Assembly: GCA_024704765.1 (NCBI GenBank)
Contig: JAKMXF010000305.1
Span: forward strand, 100,682 to 164,681
DNA: 64,000 bases
Source of the DNA: Oopsacas minuta
Lineage: Eukaryota; Animalia; Porifera
Reading direction: 5' to 3'
The notes under the pieces were generated by a model. It was not told the origin of the DNA, did no database searches, and saw only the letters and a list, made by a program, of their open reading frames with translations. Below are positions 1 through 13,412 of this stretch, one piece after another; position 1 is the first letter of the stretch, and every line of letters starts with the position of its first letter. Position numbers and translations under genes: made by a program.

Positions 1-2481
1 GAACAAATTATTACCGCTTGTTGGAGTTCGTATTAATTAGGCTACTCGGTGTATGTAGACATACCGAAATTATGTGAAGAATGTACTTTAAGAGTTAGAG
101 AATGTGGTTAAAAAGTTTCCACATTGGCCACAGTTTTAAGGAACAGATATTTGACACTCCCTTCCCTATATCCCCATAGTCACTAAATCTTTGCTTTTAT
201 TCTACGAAAATGAAATACACTAATTGTGAATTTATCAGTTTTCGTGTGGTTATCAACATCGAGACATCAACCAAAAAATATTAACTCATACTTTTAAGGA
301 CATAAGAATGTATGCTAACATTGTTGCATCAAATTTAACACAGTTGTTATCTAAGTGCTTGGCGGGCGCATAAAGTGCCAGTTCAGCAGCCATAAAGCAC
401 ATAAAGTGCCGAACGCTAGATTGAAATTAGTATAGGATTAATAGATTAGGGCAAAAGTGCCATCCCAACAGTACCCGTGCAGTAAGTGTCGAGCCAGAAT
501 TTACTGGGTTAACCCTTTGTGGCGCATAATTATCAGAGTTCGTAGAATATCTCATCAAAATGAGTATGATTTTTGTATATAGGTATTAAAGAAATGATTT
601 ATTTGCATAAAAACAACTTGATATTTTGAAAATCACATCCTATAATTTTACCCTTAGATGTCACTGACTCCCTCATACGTAAACTAGACCCTAATCAGAA
701 ACAAATGTTTTGTTCTGCATTGACAATCAACTTCCTTCTGTATATACTAGTCCAATGCCTTTGGCTGAATTCAGTAGCGCCTTGCAATAAGTGACTGGGG
801 CCCACAAAATATTCTCCAACCTCCGACATAATTACTCCAAGAGACCTTGAAGAGGTCAACTTTCTTGGCTAATTGCTAATCAAACGTTATTTCTTGCGAT
901 TGGTTTGGAGCCTGGACTTTATTGATTGGCTACAGCGCCCACATACTCACATCCAGAACTTTTTGCCTACCAGATTGTATTTGTGCACCACAGATTTCAA
1001 GGCCACACAAAGCCACTGACTGAAATGATTAGTTCTGATCATACTACTGCAATCAAATAACTAATTTCCTAAATAAATAGATTCCTACTTATAATCTATA
1101 CATGGTAAAATTTTGAATGTTTATAAAGAAAAGTTGATTATTCCAGGGCCATGTTTCACAGTGTTTTTGGTACTTTCAATGATACAAATGTAATACAATA
1201 TTTAGACAATTGTTGTAGTATCGTACATCTTGTATAAAGATAAACGAACTATGTATACAATCATACATAATTGTTCTGCCCATTCACTACATAATTTATG
1301 TTATTTAATTGTTAAAGAAATTTGTATTAGATAAACCAATTGTAAAATTGTTCAATTTTGAAGATGTAGTAACAATATTTACATCTCTTTGTAAAGTATT
1401 GTCCACACCTATACTAAACCATGAAATTTCAGAAAGTTTGCATTACTTGAAAGCTATGCAAGGGGGAAGTAATTGATGAGCAAAGTGTTTTTATTATTGA
1501 AACCGCAGAAAAGTATAGTAATGTAAAGTATGGGCCTACATATAAGGCTCAATCCCCATTTGGGAGATATTTACAACTCTATGTACAGACAGCTACAAAT
1601 ATATTACAATAGATACAGACTATTCTTTACTAATACTCTTTTCTTTTCTTCTATACTAGAGTATGTATTTATATATTATATGCCAATACTTGCATTATGG
1701 AGTAATTTGATGTTTTATATTTATGTAAGTGATCCATTAAAACTTAGAAATCAGTCAGAGAATTGGAATACAATTGTAAACCTGCTATTTTGAAATCAGC
1801 TAATAATTTAAAACCAGGAAATTTTATCAGAAGATTTATCCAAATATAATAGGGAGAGTGTCAGCTTGGGTTAATCGTAACAATAAAATTATTCCCTATG
1901 CGAAAACCAAAGCGAGCTATCCTTGACACTCATGAATGTCAAGAAGTTTAGAATATGGAAGATAAGTAGAAGTAGTTATGTATATCGTTCGGACTTATCT
2001 AAGTAAACTATCCCTCTGAAGGTAAATGATTAGGACCCTATTGTTGAGAGCAAACGTAGAAAACGGAAAACATTAACTAATTTAACAATAGTCTCTAAAA
2101 TTACTTAACAGAAACAACAGTTAAGTAATGATACACTCTAGAAATGGTTTATATTGCATTCCATACGCATAGACTATACATTTTGTATTACAATATAGGA
2201 GTCTTTCCGCCCAAGAGAAATTTTCTTTGCCTAGATATATATTTTCCCAAATTTATGCGCTTGTAGGCCCGACGCATACGCCTGGATAGTACCCTGTTTG
2301 TAATACTGATGCAAGTGATAATACCAAAAGGAAAGATGATGATGATGATCTACTATTTGTTTGTACAAAAATCTTACAAAATTCCCGTTTTCATTCTTTA
2401 AATTATTTATCACAGATGTACATAGCCGGAAGGTTTGAATTAACATATCACCAAAACCTTACATACGGTGATACTAGCCTA

Positions 2482-3528
2482 CAGTGTTCCCTCTAAGAAT
2501 CGGCCGATGGAGGTCTGGCCGGCTGCGCCGCCCAGACCCTCGGTCGTATGTTACCAGATTCCAATATCTGTCGACCCATAAAAATGATTGATATACATTT
2601 GATTGATTTGAAGCAGCCAATTCAAGTACAGCAGTCTCCAGTGCAGCATCGATGAGAGGGAGAATGGTCATATTCTCTTTCTGTATCTTTTCTTTTCTTT
2701 GGCGAAGATTCTTTTCGACACCCCTAGCCAGTATCTCAGGCATGGCTATCTGTGTGCCATGGTCCGTTGTTGAGTGTTCATTGCAACGAGAACGTTTGAC
2801 GCCTTCCTTGGGGGTACGGGGCATTCACGCCACTGTGACCACAAGTTCCTCCCAGTTACAACTCCGGGACGCTTGGAACAAACTGAACACCTATACTTGT
2901 AATGCTTGGTGGTACCGGCGATCTTCTGGGTCTCCAACCAACTGAAGAGCCTGAATTTTTGTGATCTTGAATTGAGGGCATGAGAGGAAGTTCAACTAAA
3001 ATTTAGTAAAATCTATGTATAATGGAAAGGAGGCATGTTTCCAAGTATCTAGTGTAGATATATTATAATAAGTATACTGTTATTAACATAATAAAATATC
3101 TAGAAAGTACCGGTTTAATAAATGATATAGCCTGATAACTGAGTTGCGGAAATTATGCCCCAGCCTGTAATGTAAAATGATGATGCTTTAATTCGTCTCA
3201 CAATTGCAGTCAGAAAAAGGAAACCATTTCAGTACTGGGCTACCAATACATAGTCGGCACAGTAAAATGAATATATTCATAATCTGAAAGAACATCTTTA
3301 TTATATGCATATGAAATGAATTCGTGCTCATGATATTTAAATTTGTCAAGTAAAATTATTATTGAGAGTTACAAACTTACAATATTCATGAATTCATGAA
3401 TGGTCAAAATTTCCAGAAGTAATGAAATCGGCCTGTTTGCCAGAAAACACGACTCTGTCGGCCAACGGTTATGGTGACGGCTGATTCTGTCGGCCGAACG
3501 GCCAACCGACGCCTTAGAGGGAACACTG
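2482..3528 (-). mobile_element. Internally deleted hAT element (1047 bp) retaining an N-terminal zinc-finger fragment
   Basis: Perfect 16-bp TIRs CAGTGTTCCCTCTAAG (2482) and CTTAGAGGGAACACTG (ends 3528). Perfect 8-bp TSD CTAGCCTA (2474-2481, 3529-3536). Subterminal TCGGCC repeats. The - strand has frameshifted FSWLE...RCSVCSKRP...NLW / RCNEHSTTDH, resembling a TTF/BED-type finger. Confidence 0.9.
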
Positions 3529-4907
3529 CTAGCCTATACCTCATTTTTAATGTGTCCCTACCATCCAAACTTGAGAATACCATAGGTAATTAAAATTGCC
3601 TGTTTAGTGCACTATTATAAGCATTAAATGCCTTTCAGGAAACCCCGTATTCATATTAGAAGTCACATCACAATATTCATGATAACACATTTAATAATTT
3701 GTACAAAGTATCCATTACACCTTAAGCGTAGATTTTCATCCTGTGTTGAATAGAGTTTTATTTTATGTTATCAACTATGCTAATTGCGCAAATCGAGACC
3801 GTTTTCCTCCATCTCTTCATAATTTATTTTACTCGAATTATTATATAATTGCTAAAATATGATAATTTCTAAAGAATACTTACTCTTGTTTTAAATTTTC
3901 AATCAATAATATGTTCATATTTCCTTTCAAACTGATAAGTGGTATATTCAGTCGAAGGCGAAAATTTAACAATCAGACTTAACAACATATCATAAAAGTC
4001 TATTTTTGGCCCCCGAAATGATCAGTTATGCCTACACAGAGCTCTCTCTTGTTTAAATAGGTTATAAATACACAATAATTTGAAAATCCATCTAATTTGT
4101 TGAGAACTCCCTCCTTTATAAGGAAAAGAATTTCTGAAAGTTAGCAATTTCGTCTTCTCACAGTCATACTGTATAGAGTATCGTTTATCCCTTTGCAAAC
4201 GAGTTATCCTTAAAGCTTATTCATAGTTATAGGACAATGGATATAGAATAATCAATTTATCAATATATTGTGTTGACTATATATTTACAAAATTTAGTAA
4301 CCATAATTGCATTAGTGTATAGAATGCTATGGTCGTAATTATCATTTTTCTGTAAAATTAGGTGGCGTCCCCGTATTTTGATGGGTTTGCCTTAAGATAT
4401 AGAAAGTGAAAATTAGTCGTTAAATGATAAATGAATATAAAGACTAGTGATCATGCAAAATATTATAATTTAATTATAGAATTTGGGAGAATTGTGCATT
4501 ACAGCCAGGATACATTATTTCCTTTGAATACGCGTAGGGCTTGAATAATACCCAAGTTGCTAAAAATAGCTCCAAAACCTGTGAATACAATTTTGTCACT
4601 ACTCTATAGAGTCTAGAAGAATATTTTGAAATTTACTCCACATTTGACAATGCTACAATTTGTTTACAAAAACCTTTAATATTCTCTAAAATTGCCAAAA
4701 CATCTGTACAAATTCGATTTTTCGAGTAACTAGTGTTGAATATTGCCATTGACCTTATTTGGTTCCCATGTCAGGGTCACGATAATACCTCCTGCCCACC
4801 TGCCCAATACTTTTAGTACTATTGGGAGTTGAATTTGAGTGGGCATCCAAAATGGCCTAATTGCGCCTATGAATATGTTTACCTGCTTATTTAATTTTCT
4901 CTCCTAG

Positions 4908-5256
4908 GATTGGCCGATGTGGTGCAAACGAAATAAAGCAACACAATTTCTTTTGCAAAATTGACTGGACACACGGACTCAGAAATTATGAAGCTCCTTA
5001 TCAACCACCTATTCAATCAGACATTGATATTAGTAATTTCGATTGTGCTGACTATTATAGTGATGATGAAGATCCAAATGACACTGAACCTATAATTTCC
5101 AAAGGGAAATGTGAAAAACAAAATGTTGAACACGCATTTTATGAATTCACTTTCCGCCGTTTTATTCATGACGACAGAGGGCATCCAATACCGATGAGAG
5201 AGAAGGATCTTGAGAAAAATTCATGTTCTACCATTTCGCAAGCAGTTTATGTGTAA
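4908..5256 (+). CDS. LATS: Terminal coding exon of LATS/Warts (Hippo pathway NDR-family kinase): end of kinase domain plus AGC C-terminal tail
   Basis: Pyrimidine tract and AG at 4906-4907 (ttaattttctctcctag). The exon reads (R)IGRCGANEIKQHNFFCKIDWTHGLRNYEAPYQPPIQSDIDISNFD...EHAFYEFTFRRFIHDDRGHP...QAVYV* with stop TAA at 5254-5256. The HAFYEFTFRRF hydrophobic motif and C-terminal VYV match LATS1/2/Warts as I recall them. Not in the ORF track. Upstream exons were not found in 1-4900. Confidence 0.95.
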
Positions 5257-5602
5257 TAATAAGAGTTTATCGAAAGGAAACTTCACTATGTTTTCAGAAT
5301 CCCTAATCGCGGGCACCATTGTATCTTTATTCTTGTAAATTATACATTACCAATATTTATATACGTTTCACAGTGGGAACAAGTATGTACATAAGGGGAA
5401 ACCGAAAAATGATGGTGTCTCAATCTTTTGAATTAATTATATATCTAAAGTAAACTGATATTACAAATTCGATTGGAATTTGGAAGTATAAAACGAACAA
5501 ATTAATCGATTTAGATGCAGTTTAGGGTGATTTTGTGACTATTAGTAATGAGCTTATTTTATTAACAAACTGTTTACATGGAGACGAACTGGAATACTAA
5601 TA

Positions 5603-7037
5603 CAGTGGATCCCGCTTAATTAATAATATGGCTCTCGTACATCGTGCATTACTATTTTATGACATTACCCGGGTATCCTATAATATGTGGTGTAATTTTC
5701 TCGCATATTTTTATATTTCTCATGCGAATGTGACCATAGGCCGCGATCCAAGAATTTTGGAGAGAGAAACTATTAATAACACAAGTAAATTTTTGGATAA
5801 TAATCAGGGCATAAAGGGATGTTGTTTTGACGAGTTATTCAACCATATAACAGTTATTTATATGGACATTTTCTACTTTAAACAATTTATCAGATTTGAT
5901 CCTTCAAAATTACTAGGATTTCTATCTATCTAACTCTTAGTATAGCCGTTAAGAACCTAGCATTAAGTATAATTACACCTTTGGGGAAAGTTTCCCTTTT
6001 TGCCCAGAAAATTGCAATTTATGGTCCAGCAAATGTTATCCGAATTCAATAAGAAGGAAGACCCATTCTAAATCTTGCCAATTTAGGGAAAATTGCCACA
6101 AGGGTCGTCTGTCCGACCAAATTTGGGATGTTCAAAATCAGTCTAACATTTTCAATATGACGCCAAAATCAGTTTTCATTGTGATGTTGTTAATAAGCAT
6201 TCAATTTCCAGCTAGTTGATGGATCGCTTGACCATATTCCGACCATCATTTACGAGGGAATTTTATGTCTGGAATGAATTTCCATTCTTTAAATAACCAT
6301 CTTTGTTGGTATTTCCTTAACAACGCATGAATGTGATACATTCCATTATCTAAAGTAATCGGAATATGGTCAAGTGATCCATCAAAATGCTGGACATTAT
6401 TGCTGGTAGGAACATCACATTGATAAATGATCTGGCTTCATTTGAGAAATTTGACACTTTTGAATTCGATGTCTTTTCAATGTAAAGTTGTTCAGATAAG
6501 GAGTAGGAACATTCGCAGTCCCTTGGTGTAAGTGTTAACGAGACTCTACCGTATATTCTAACTTCAATAGGTTTATTTGAATCACAACCATATAATTAGA
6601 AACTGCTTTCAACGTTGAATATACATGCTGAGGAGGGCGATCGCCGTCTATGAGTGTTATTAGGGGATATCCAATTAGTATAAGTAGAATGCATGTACGT
6701 GTTATATACGTGTTCAGTACTAATTGGGAATGCATTTAGAACAACTATATGCAAACGAGTTTGTCCCACTATTCAGTCCTCACTTACTCAAAGTATATTT
6801 CCAAGTATTTCCTTATAATGTCTTTATACAATAAGTTTCAAACTGGAAATTCATTTTCAATTTTATAATATTTTCAGGGAAGGATTCTAAAGCTGACGAT
6901 GTTTTGTGGTAATATCCAGGAAATGACAATGACGGAGTTTTAGTTTGAGAAGTAACGAAATAGTTTTTGGTTTGAATTTCACATATTAATAAGCAGGTTA
7001 TTGTATTTAGCGGTATGGTAATAAACGGGATCCACTG
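5603..7037. mobile_element. pogo/Tigger-like non-autonomous element (about 1.4 kb)
   Basis: TIRs CAGTGGATCCCGCTTA (5603) and TAAACGGGATCCACTG (ends 7037), with TA on the left and CA on the right. A pogo-like C-terminal remnant (DSKADDVLW) lies near 6880-6910. An internal foldback segment is present. Confidence 0.65.
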
Positions 7038-9199
7038 CAAAAAGTAGAGATTCCTAATGGCAAACAGTCTACAAGCAGCCAACCGAAACACTGATAGAAA
7101 GATAGTCCCACTTCACACACTCAAATTGTGCATAAAAATAGTAATAACACTCTGGAGAAAGGCTGACACTAACCCAAACAAAGTCCTGACACCAGTAAGA
7201 ATAGAACAAAGGTTCTGATCGCAGTAAGACGCTGCATCTGGGGCGCGAGATTTCGATCCTATCAAATTGCCCCCGTTGTGATTTCACGAACTCGATCCTT
7301 TTTTATTTATACTAATTAAACACCACTACAATTGGAGAGGATTAGGATCTTTATTCTCAAATGTTTGACATTAGGAAAGGTAGTATTTATACTGATCCTA
7401 ATGCGCATGGGTCATGTGCATAGGAATTATCAATATTTAGTATTATTATATTCATTTCTTAATATGCTACATACTTTAATTTACCTCTCATTTCTATCGG
7501 GATTACGAATTGTACCGCATTGAATTTTCGCTTCTCGAAATACCAGTATCCATTGCAAATAGTTTGCATAAGTAATCAGATGAGTCATATGTTATTAATG
7601 GTGTAATACAACTAATTCATTAGTATTCGTCACCCATTAAGTCACCCATTAATTTACAAAATATATTGAAAATATGGTGAAATATTCAATAATTCATACA
7701 TACCACGCTAATTAATTTGTATAAATACTATGTTAGATAAAAAGATATTGTAGAATATAATGATACTATCAAAATTGCTAGAAATAATATAGATGGAGAA
7801 TATACTGATGTTTGTTATCTGGAGACTTAAATTTTTATCTTTCCCAGGTTTATTAAGACGTCATATGTATTTACAAAGCCTGGATGGTGAGTGTAAAAGG
7901 AATTTATATAACTACAATTTGACATTCTAAAATCTGAAAGATTTGGCTTTTGCAATATTATTATTAAAGAATTTTGAAATGCGGGCCTTGAAAGAAATTC
8001 CACAAAATTTTTGCATATACTCGATGCCAATAAAGCGCCCTGGAAACCGAGGAATCAGGGTTGGGTTAAGAAAAATCAGACTTAGAGAACTGTTGAAAAC
8101 CTAATATGTAAGCCCGAAGACCATGCAAGTCATTCCTGGAGAATTGCTCTGAAGAATTTAATGAGTATTTTGCTCTAAAATCCCAAAATTGAATGATATT
8201 TATGTTGTTCATTTTTATCATAAGCTCTAATACTCAAAGTATTTCAACTTTCGACAATAATAGCTTGTATTCGTCTTGTACGCCATTTCAGCTATATCAT
8301 AACGGTTGAACAGCTCAATACAGTTACATAAATACAAGTCATAAATCAATGTTTTATTATTAAATTGTCTGAAATAATTGTAAATATATTAAGCTGAACT
8401 ATTGTTTATTACAGTTTTATTTAATAAAAAATCCCATACCCTCATTCGCACTTTCATTAATCCGAAAAACTGAACATCCTCCAAGATAGAATAGATAACA
8501 CAAAAGAACAGTACTATAGTATAACTGAGCGATATTCATGCTATTAATTATCTCGATACTGGGTCATAATGTTAGATTATTTTCGGGATATTAAAAAGGT
8601 TTTGGAGCAGAATGTATAATAACTAAGGTAAATATGTTATGCGAGAATGATACGGATTAATGATACTTGCCTATTTTCAAACAAATTCGTTTAATAATAT
8701 ATTTATTTTTTATCATCATGTTAAACGTTTCTCCTTGAGTTCAAACTTAGTTCGAACTTAACTCTTAGGTAATAAGAATTAAGTTCTAATTTTTTACTTT
8801 AGTCCAAACATAGTGCTTAACTCCTTGCTGAATACGGCATTTGATAAAAGGATCCAAAGCAATATCGATGAAACATCTATAGTACAAATTGTGAGGTATA
8901 TCATTTAGTTCACTTTTCGCTGCTAAACCTGTTTCTAACTTCGCATCTAAATATTAATAGTGGTACTTATTTCCTACTGAACTACAGATAATCGATGATT
9001 TCATTGGTCTGAATAATTCGTTAATAAAATATCAGGAAATTATGGATATTATATTTTGTTCCTGATTTATATGAAATTCTACTTCCAATAGCATTATCCA
9101 TACCTCGGGCGTAACTAGCATTGAGCCGAGAAGGTAGTTCCCCTCCCTTTTCCGGCGTTGTCTCATTGAACAGAATAAGTACTATTATTTTTCGATAAA

Positions 9200-10100
9200 A
9201 TCTCCTTGAAACACACTTAGACCACTTGTCTTTCTAACTACTATTCCGTCAAAATAGAACTTGTCCGATTTCCTTTCAAATCACGTTTCAACACACGATT
9301 TAAGCTCCTCATCACAGCCAAAGCGAATACCACGGAGATGAGACTTCAGGTGCCCAAACAGGCAATACTCGCTGTGGGCCAGGTCTGGACTAGATTGTGG
9401 GGCGGTTGAGCGAGCTGCTGGAATCCATAGTCACGGATGGCAGCCTGGACAACTCCACCTTGTGCACTGGAGCATTGTCGTGAAAAGTAACACTCATTTA
9501 GTCAACTTAATGCATCGCTTCTTCCTGATAGCTTCGCACAACTCTTCCGTCAGATTTGCGTAGTACTATCCTATGATCGTAGCTTTACGCAGCAAATTGT
9601 GAATTAATAACAATACTCTGTAATCTCAGAAAATTGTTGTCATAGACTTCTCAGGTGATGGTTGAATTCGAATTTTTCGGATCTGGAGAATACTTGTGCT
9701 TCCACCCCATTGATTGAAATTTAGTCTCTGGATCCCATTGGTGATTCCACGTTTCGTCCCTGTAACTAGCTGAGACACAAACTCTACTGGCTCTCTGTTA
9801 CATATCTCAAAAATCTTACTACTCCGAGCCATTTGTTGTTGGCGATCTATCGCAAAAAGGTTTCTTAGCACCTAGCGAGCAAAGACCTTAGGCATATGAA
9901 GATGTTCATGAATAATGGATTCAATGGTTCCATGAGAAACCATCACTTCTGCGCAAATAGTCCACCTACATCCGCCTGTCGACCATGATTAACTTCACCA
10001 TGGCCACATTATCTAACGAGGTCACATCTGTAGGCCTCCCAGATAGGGGGTTATCTTCCAGTGAGTCATGCCCGCGCTTGAACTGAGATACCTATCGCTG
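9200..10100 (-). mobile_element. Degenerate mariner transposase (DD34D-type)
   Basis: Frameshifted or stop-interrupted motifs SLED..SGRP, HLHMPKVFAR*VLRNL, LVTG-DETW, HDNAPVH, PDLAHSEYCLFGHLKSHLRG. Ends not resolved. Confidence 0.85.
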
Positions 10101-10760
10101 TATACTGGGGAGAGAAGGTGAATCTTGGCCCTACACTGCAAATAAGAGAAAGGATTTCAAAGGCTACTTTTCTATTTCACCAAAAACTATATTACGGCTC
10201 GGCGCTCCAATATGTCTAAATTCACATGAACTGAAAAATTTGAAATACTGATACATACTGAAGCTAAGAAAATCACAAGGATTATATTCTTTAAGTTTAA
10301 ACAACAATGAAGTATGTTTCTACACAACAAATTTCATAGCTCTAAATACAATTTCAGGTGTTGAACCGCAAAAAATATTGACCACCCCTCGTAACTAACT
10401 TGTTTAGAATCAGTACAAGTTATTACATAATCGTGTAATCTATCAATTATCTAACTAGTTTTTGAAAAAATGTTTTAGGAAAGATTTGTCCTCCCAAACG
10501 TCCATTTCGGAAATGTTGATGTCTTGATATATTATCACTTAAGCCCAATAGTTGAAAAATTTTACATATTTTTGGCTAGTTTTTGTGATAATAAAAATAG
10601 ATCTTTAGATAGTTTGTTACTCATGACCCCGGGATTGGACTTCGTGAATAAGGCACCACTGGGATTAAATGCCCTATCTACAAGTTGGTTAATCAATTCA
10701 ATTCCTATTTCAATATTTTTCTAATTATATATTGCACCCTTTAATTGATTGGAAAGTAAG

Positions 10761-10765
<5 letters not shown>

Positions 10766-10797
<32 letters not shown>
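10766..10797. repeat. (TA)n microsatellite, about 16 units
   Basis: Direct reading; it abuts the MITE starting at 10808. Confidence 0.95.
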
Positions 10798-10801
<4 letters not shown>

Positions 10802-10807
10802 CATATA

Positions 10808-11313
10808 CAGTGCACTCCCGTCTACTTGGACACCTCGGTGATTTGGCTAAGGTGTCCCAGTAAGATAGAGTATCCCGCCTATCCGTATAATCCATCACTA
10901 TTGCAAGGTCTAAAGCAAGAATCATGGTAGCTAACAAGTCTAAGCTGCGTATAATTCTGCTCAAATAAATACAGTGGAAGCCGCTTAATAGGAACTCGGA
11001 TAATCGTGATATCCGCTTAAACGGGAGAATGGTTTGGGAACAGATTTTTACAGAGAAAAATCATCGGATACTTGGGACATCTTAAACTGAACAACCGAAT
11101 ATTTGAAGTTAGTAATCGGTTTTAACGACAGCAGAGCATACTTGGGTCCGACTTATGGACCTTGAAGGAGAAATACAAAAGTGATACCAATACATACCAA
11201 ACGTCTAGGAGAATTTGGTGTCCCGTATGCGAGATTCGTCCCGATACGAGGGAGGAATTTGCGTGGGATGAAACCAATTTCGGGGAAGGAGTCCCGAAAG
11301 CGGGAGTGCACTG
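10808..11313. mobile_element. Tigger-like MITE carrying an internal end of a second MITE family
   Basis: TIRs CAGTGCACTCCCG (10808) and CGGGAGTGCACTG (ends 11313). An internal TACAGTGGAAGCCGCTTAA at 10970 matches the family at 22733 and 63836. Confidence 0.75.
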
Positions 11314-12294
11314 TGTGTATATATACCACGCATACTTTCTCAAACGATTCCTGGATAGATTTTGTTGATTAATTAGTAAATTGGTTGAATTGCTTTGGTA
11401 TGGGAAATTTGCAATATTAACACCGCAAACCTTCACTAGCTTGAAGCATACCCAGGCGGGTTATACAGAGGCTCTAGTTCGATTTCGGCAAACTACTAAA
11501 CATATTACCTAATACCTATCCGAAATACTAGCAAGTGAAACAGACTCCAACTATCAAATTTTTAACAAGATTTTCTTTCAATTATTATCAGTAGAGGGTC
11601 CAATTTTATTGAAAATTATTAGAGGACGTTTGTCGAAAATGTTAGTGACCGATTGTTAAATTTCTTACCGACTGATAAAAATGTTTAAAATGATGTTTGT
11701 TCTCAATATATACTTGTTGATATATTAGATTGACGTTCACTTCTGCGATTTTAGCCATATTAATATGCCTCTGGGTACTCTAATTATTAGCGTTCTAACT
11801 ACAGAATACCATTACATTTGGTGTTGAGGGACTCTAATTGTTGACAGGGCTACACTAAGCAAACGTCACATATGTTTCCCTCACTTGCATACTGCTATAT
11901 ACATTATGTGAATATTTTTTACAAAACTATTATGTAGACACCGCAGAAATTTTATGTAAACTGCAATTTTGGCTCATGTCTTGCATATTAGTGCAAAATA
12001 AGTGTTAATAAATGAAGAGAAACATGGAACTGGAGTAAAATAAGTGATTAAAATATGTAGATGGGATATTTTACATGAGTTAGTAATTACTGTGTTAAAT
12101 TGTACTCTATCAAGAAGAGATATAAATTTAAGCATATTAGTCGCGAAGTCTTACAATTCAATGTTAAAGTATTTAGCAAGCAATATTTTCTTATTTCTTA
12201 TAGTTGATCTGATGATATCACAAAACGGTGTCAACACCCTCTGGTAGTTCTCAAAATTCACCTCAATACAGTTCAAAAATTATGTTAGATGTGA

Positions 12295-12442
12295 TTAACC
12301 ACAATGAAGAATTACTAGATTTATACTTAACTTCATTGAAGATTGACTAGATTTATACTTAGCCTCATTGTAGATCTACTAGATGTATACTTAACCTCAA
12401 TGAAGATTGACTAGATGTGACTGAGCCTTATTGAAGACTAAC
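12295..12442. repeat. Minisatellite, about 4.7 copies of a 32-bp unit
   Basis: Units start at 12295, 12327, 12359, 12391 and 12422; consensus TTAACCTCATTGAAGATTGACTAGATTTATAC. Confidence 0.9.
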
Positions 12443-13412
12443 AGGAGGTGATTTAATCTTGAAGATTAATCAAAAGTGTACTTCTATTTTGGCGTGTAAA
12501 TATAAATTTTGTAATTGTTGAACTGCTGATTTGTTCGTATTTTACCTTTGAATTGTCGAATAAAATTTAATATAGTGGATATATGGAAATGGAATGTTGG
12601 GAATAACTCGTGAAAATATAGAAATAGTTCTCTAAGTCCAAAATTCAATAGCAGCATAAATGTTAAACATATTCCATCTTTAGTTTTCAAACACATCATT
12701 TCTGTGTCCATATATTTGTATGTAGATTGTAGAAATGTCATTTTAGTCATTATTCCACCAGACAATTTGGCTTAGAGATCTAGATTTCTTGGTAAAAATC
12801 TGAAGGTAACCATAATGCATCCCACTCTAAAGTTAGCATAGGGCTACCTTGCTAATTTAAAGCAACAATTAATGAAATGCCAAAGATAATCCATTCAAAC
12901 TGACATTGTCACAAGCGGAAAAATGAAGTTGAAAAAAGACTTTTCCGTGGTTTCGTTGGAGACATAATACTTTTAAAATCTTCAAATTTTTTCTCACTTG
13001 AAGTCTTTAAAATGAACCCGGCCAGCTGGGAACATGGATGGGCTCTTGTTGGTCGATATTCACTTATAATTCGATAAACGTCACAAAATAGGGTCAATTC
13101 AAGATAGCCAATTTATATTACATACCTTGTTTTACATACCTTGTAACAAATTCGAATTAATTATATACATATTTTAGTTTGACTTGGATATTGAACTACA
13201 ACATATCTACATATTAATATTCAATTAGTGAAATACAACACAACACACAGAATAATAAATTGCTCCAAATATTATCTCAAACCAACATTGATAGTATATA
13301 TGTGTATATATATATACATATATATATAGATAATAGATAAGAAATAATTCCAGGAAATAAAATATATACATCTCATGGTAGATACGAGGAATATTTCTTG
13401 TTGGGAAATAGT

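Noticed and set aside
640-1060. Possible upstream LATS exon or retroelement remnant
   Set aside because: No kinase motifs, stops in all frames, and too decayed to assign.
6878-6908. Apparent + strand micro-exon GRILKLTMFC
   Set aside because: It lies inside the pogo-like element, and another frame gives the transposase C-terminal motif DDVLW.
12295-12442. CRISPR-like array
   Set aside because: The units are directly adjacent without unique spacers, and the context is eukaryotic.
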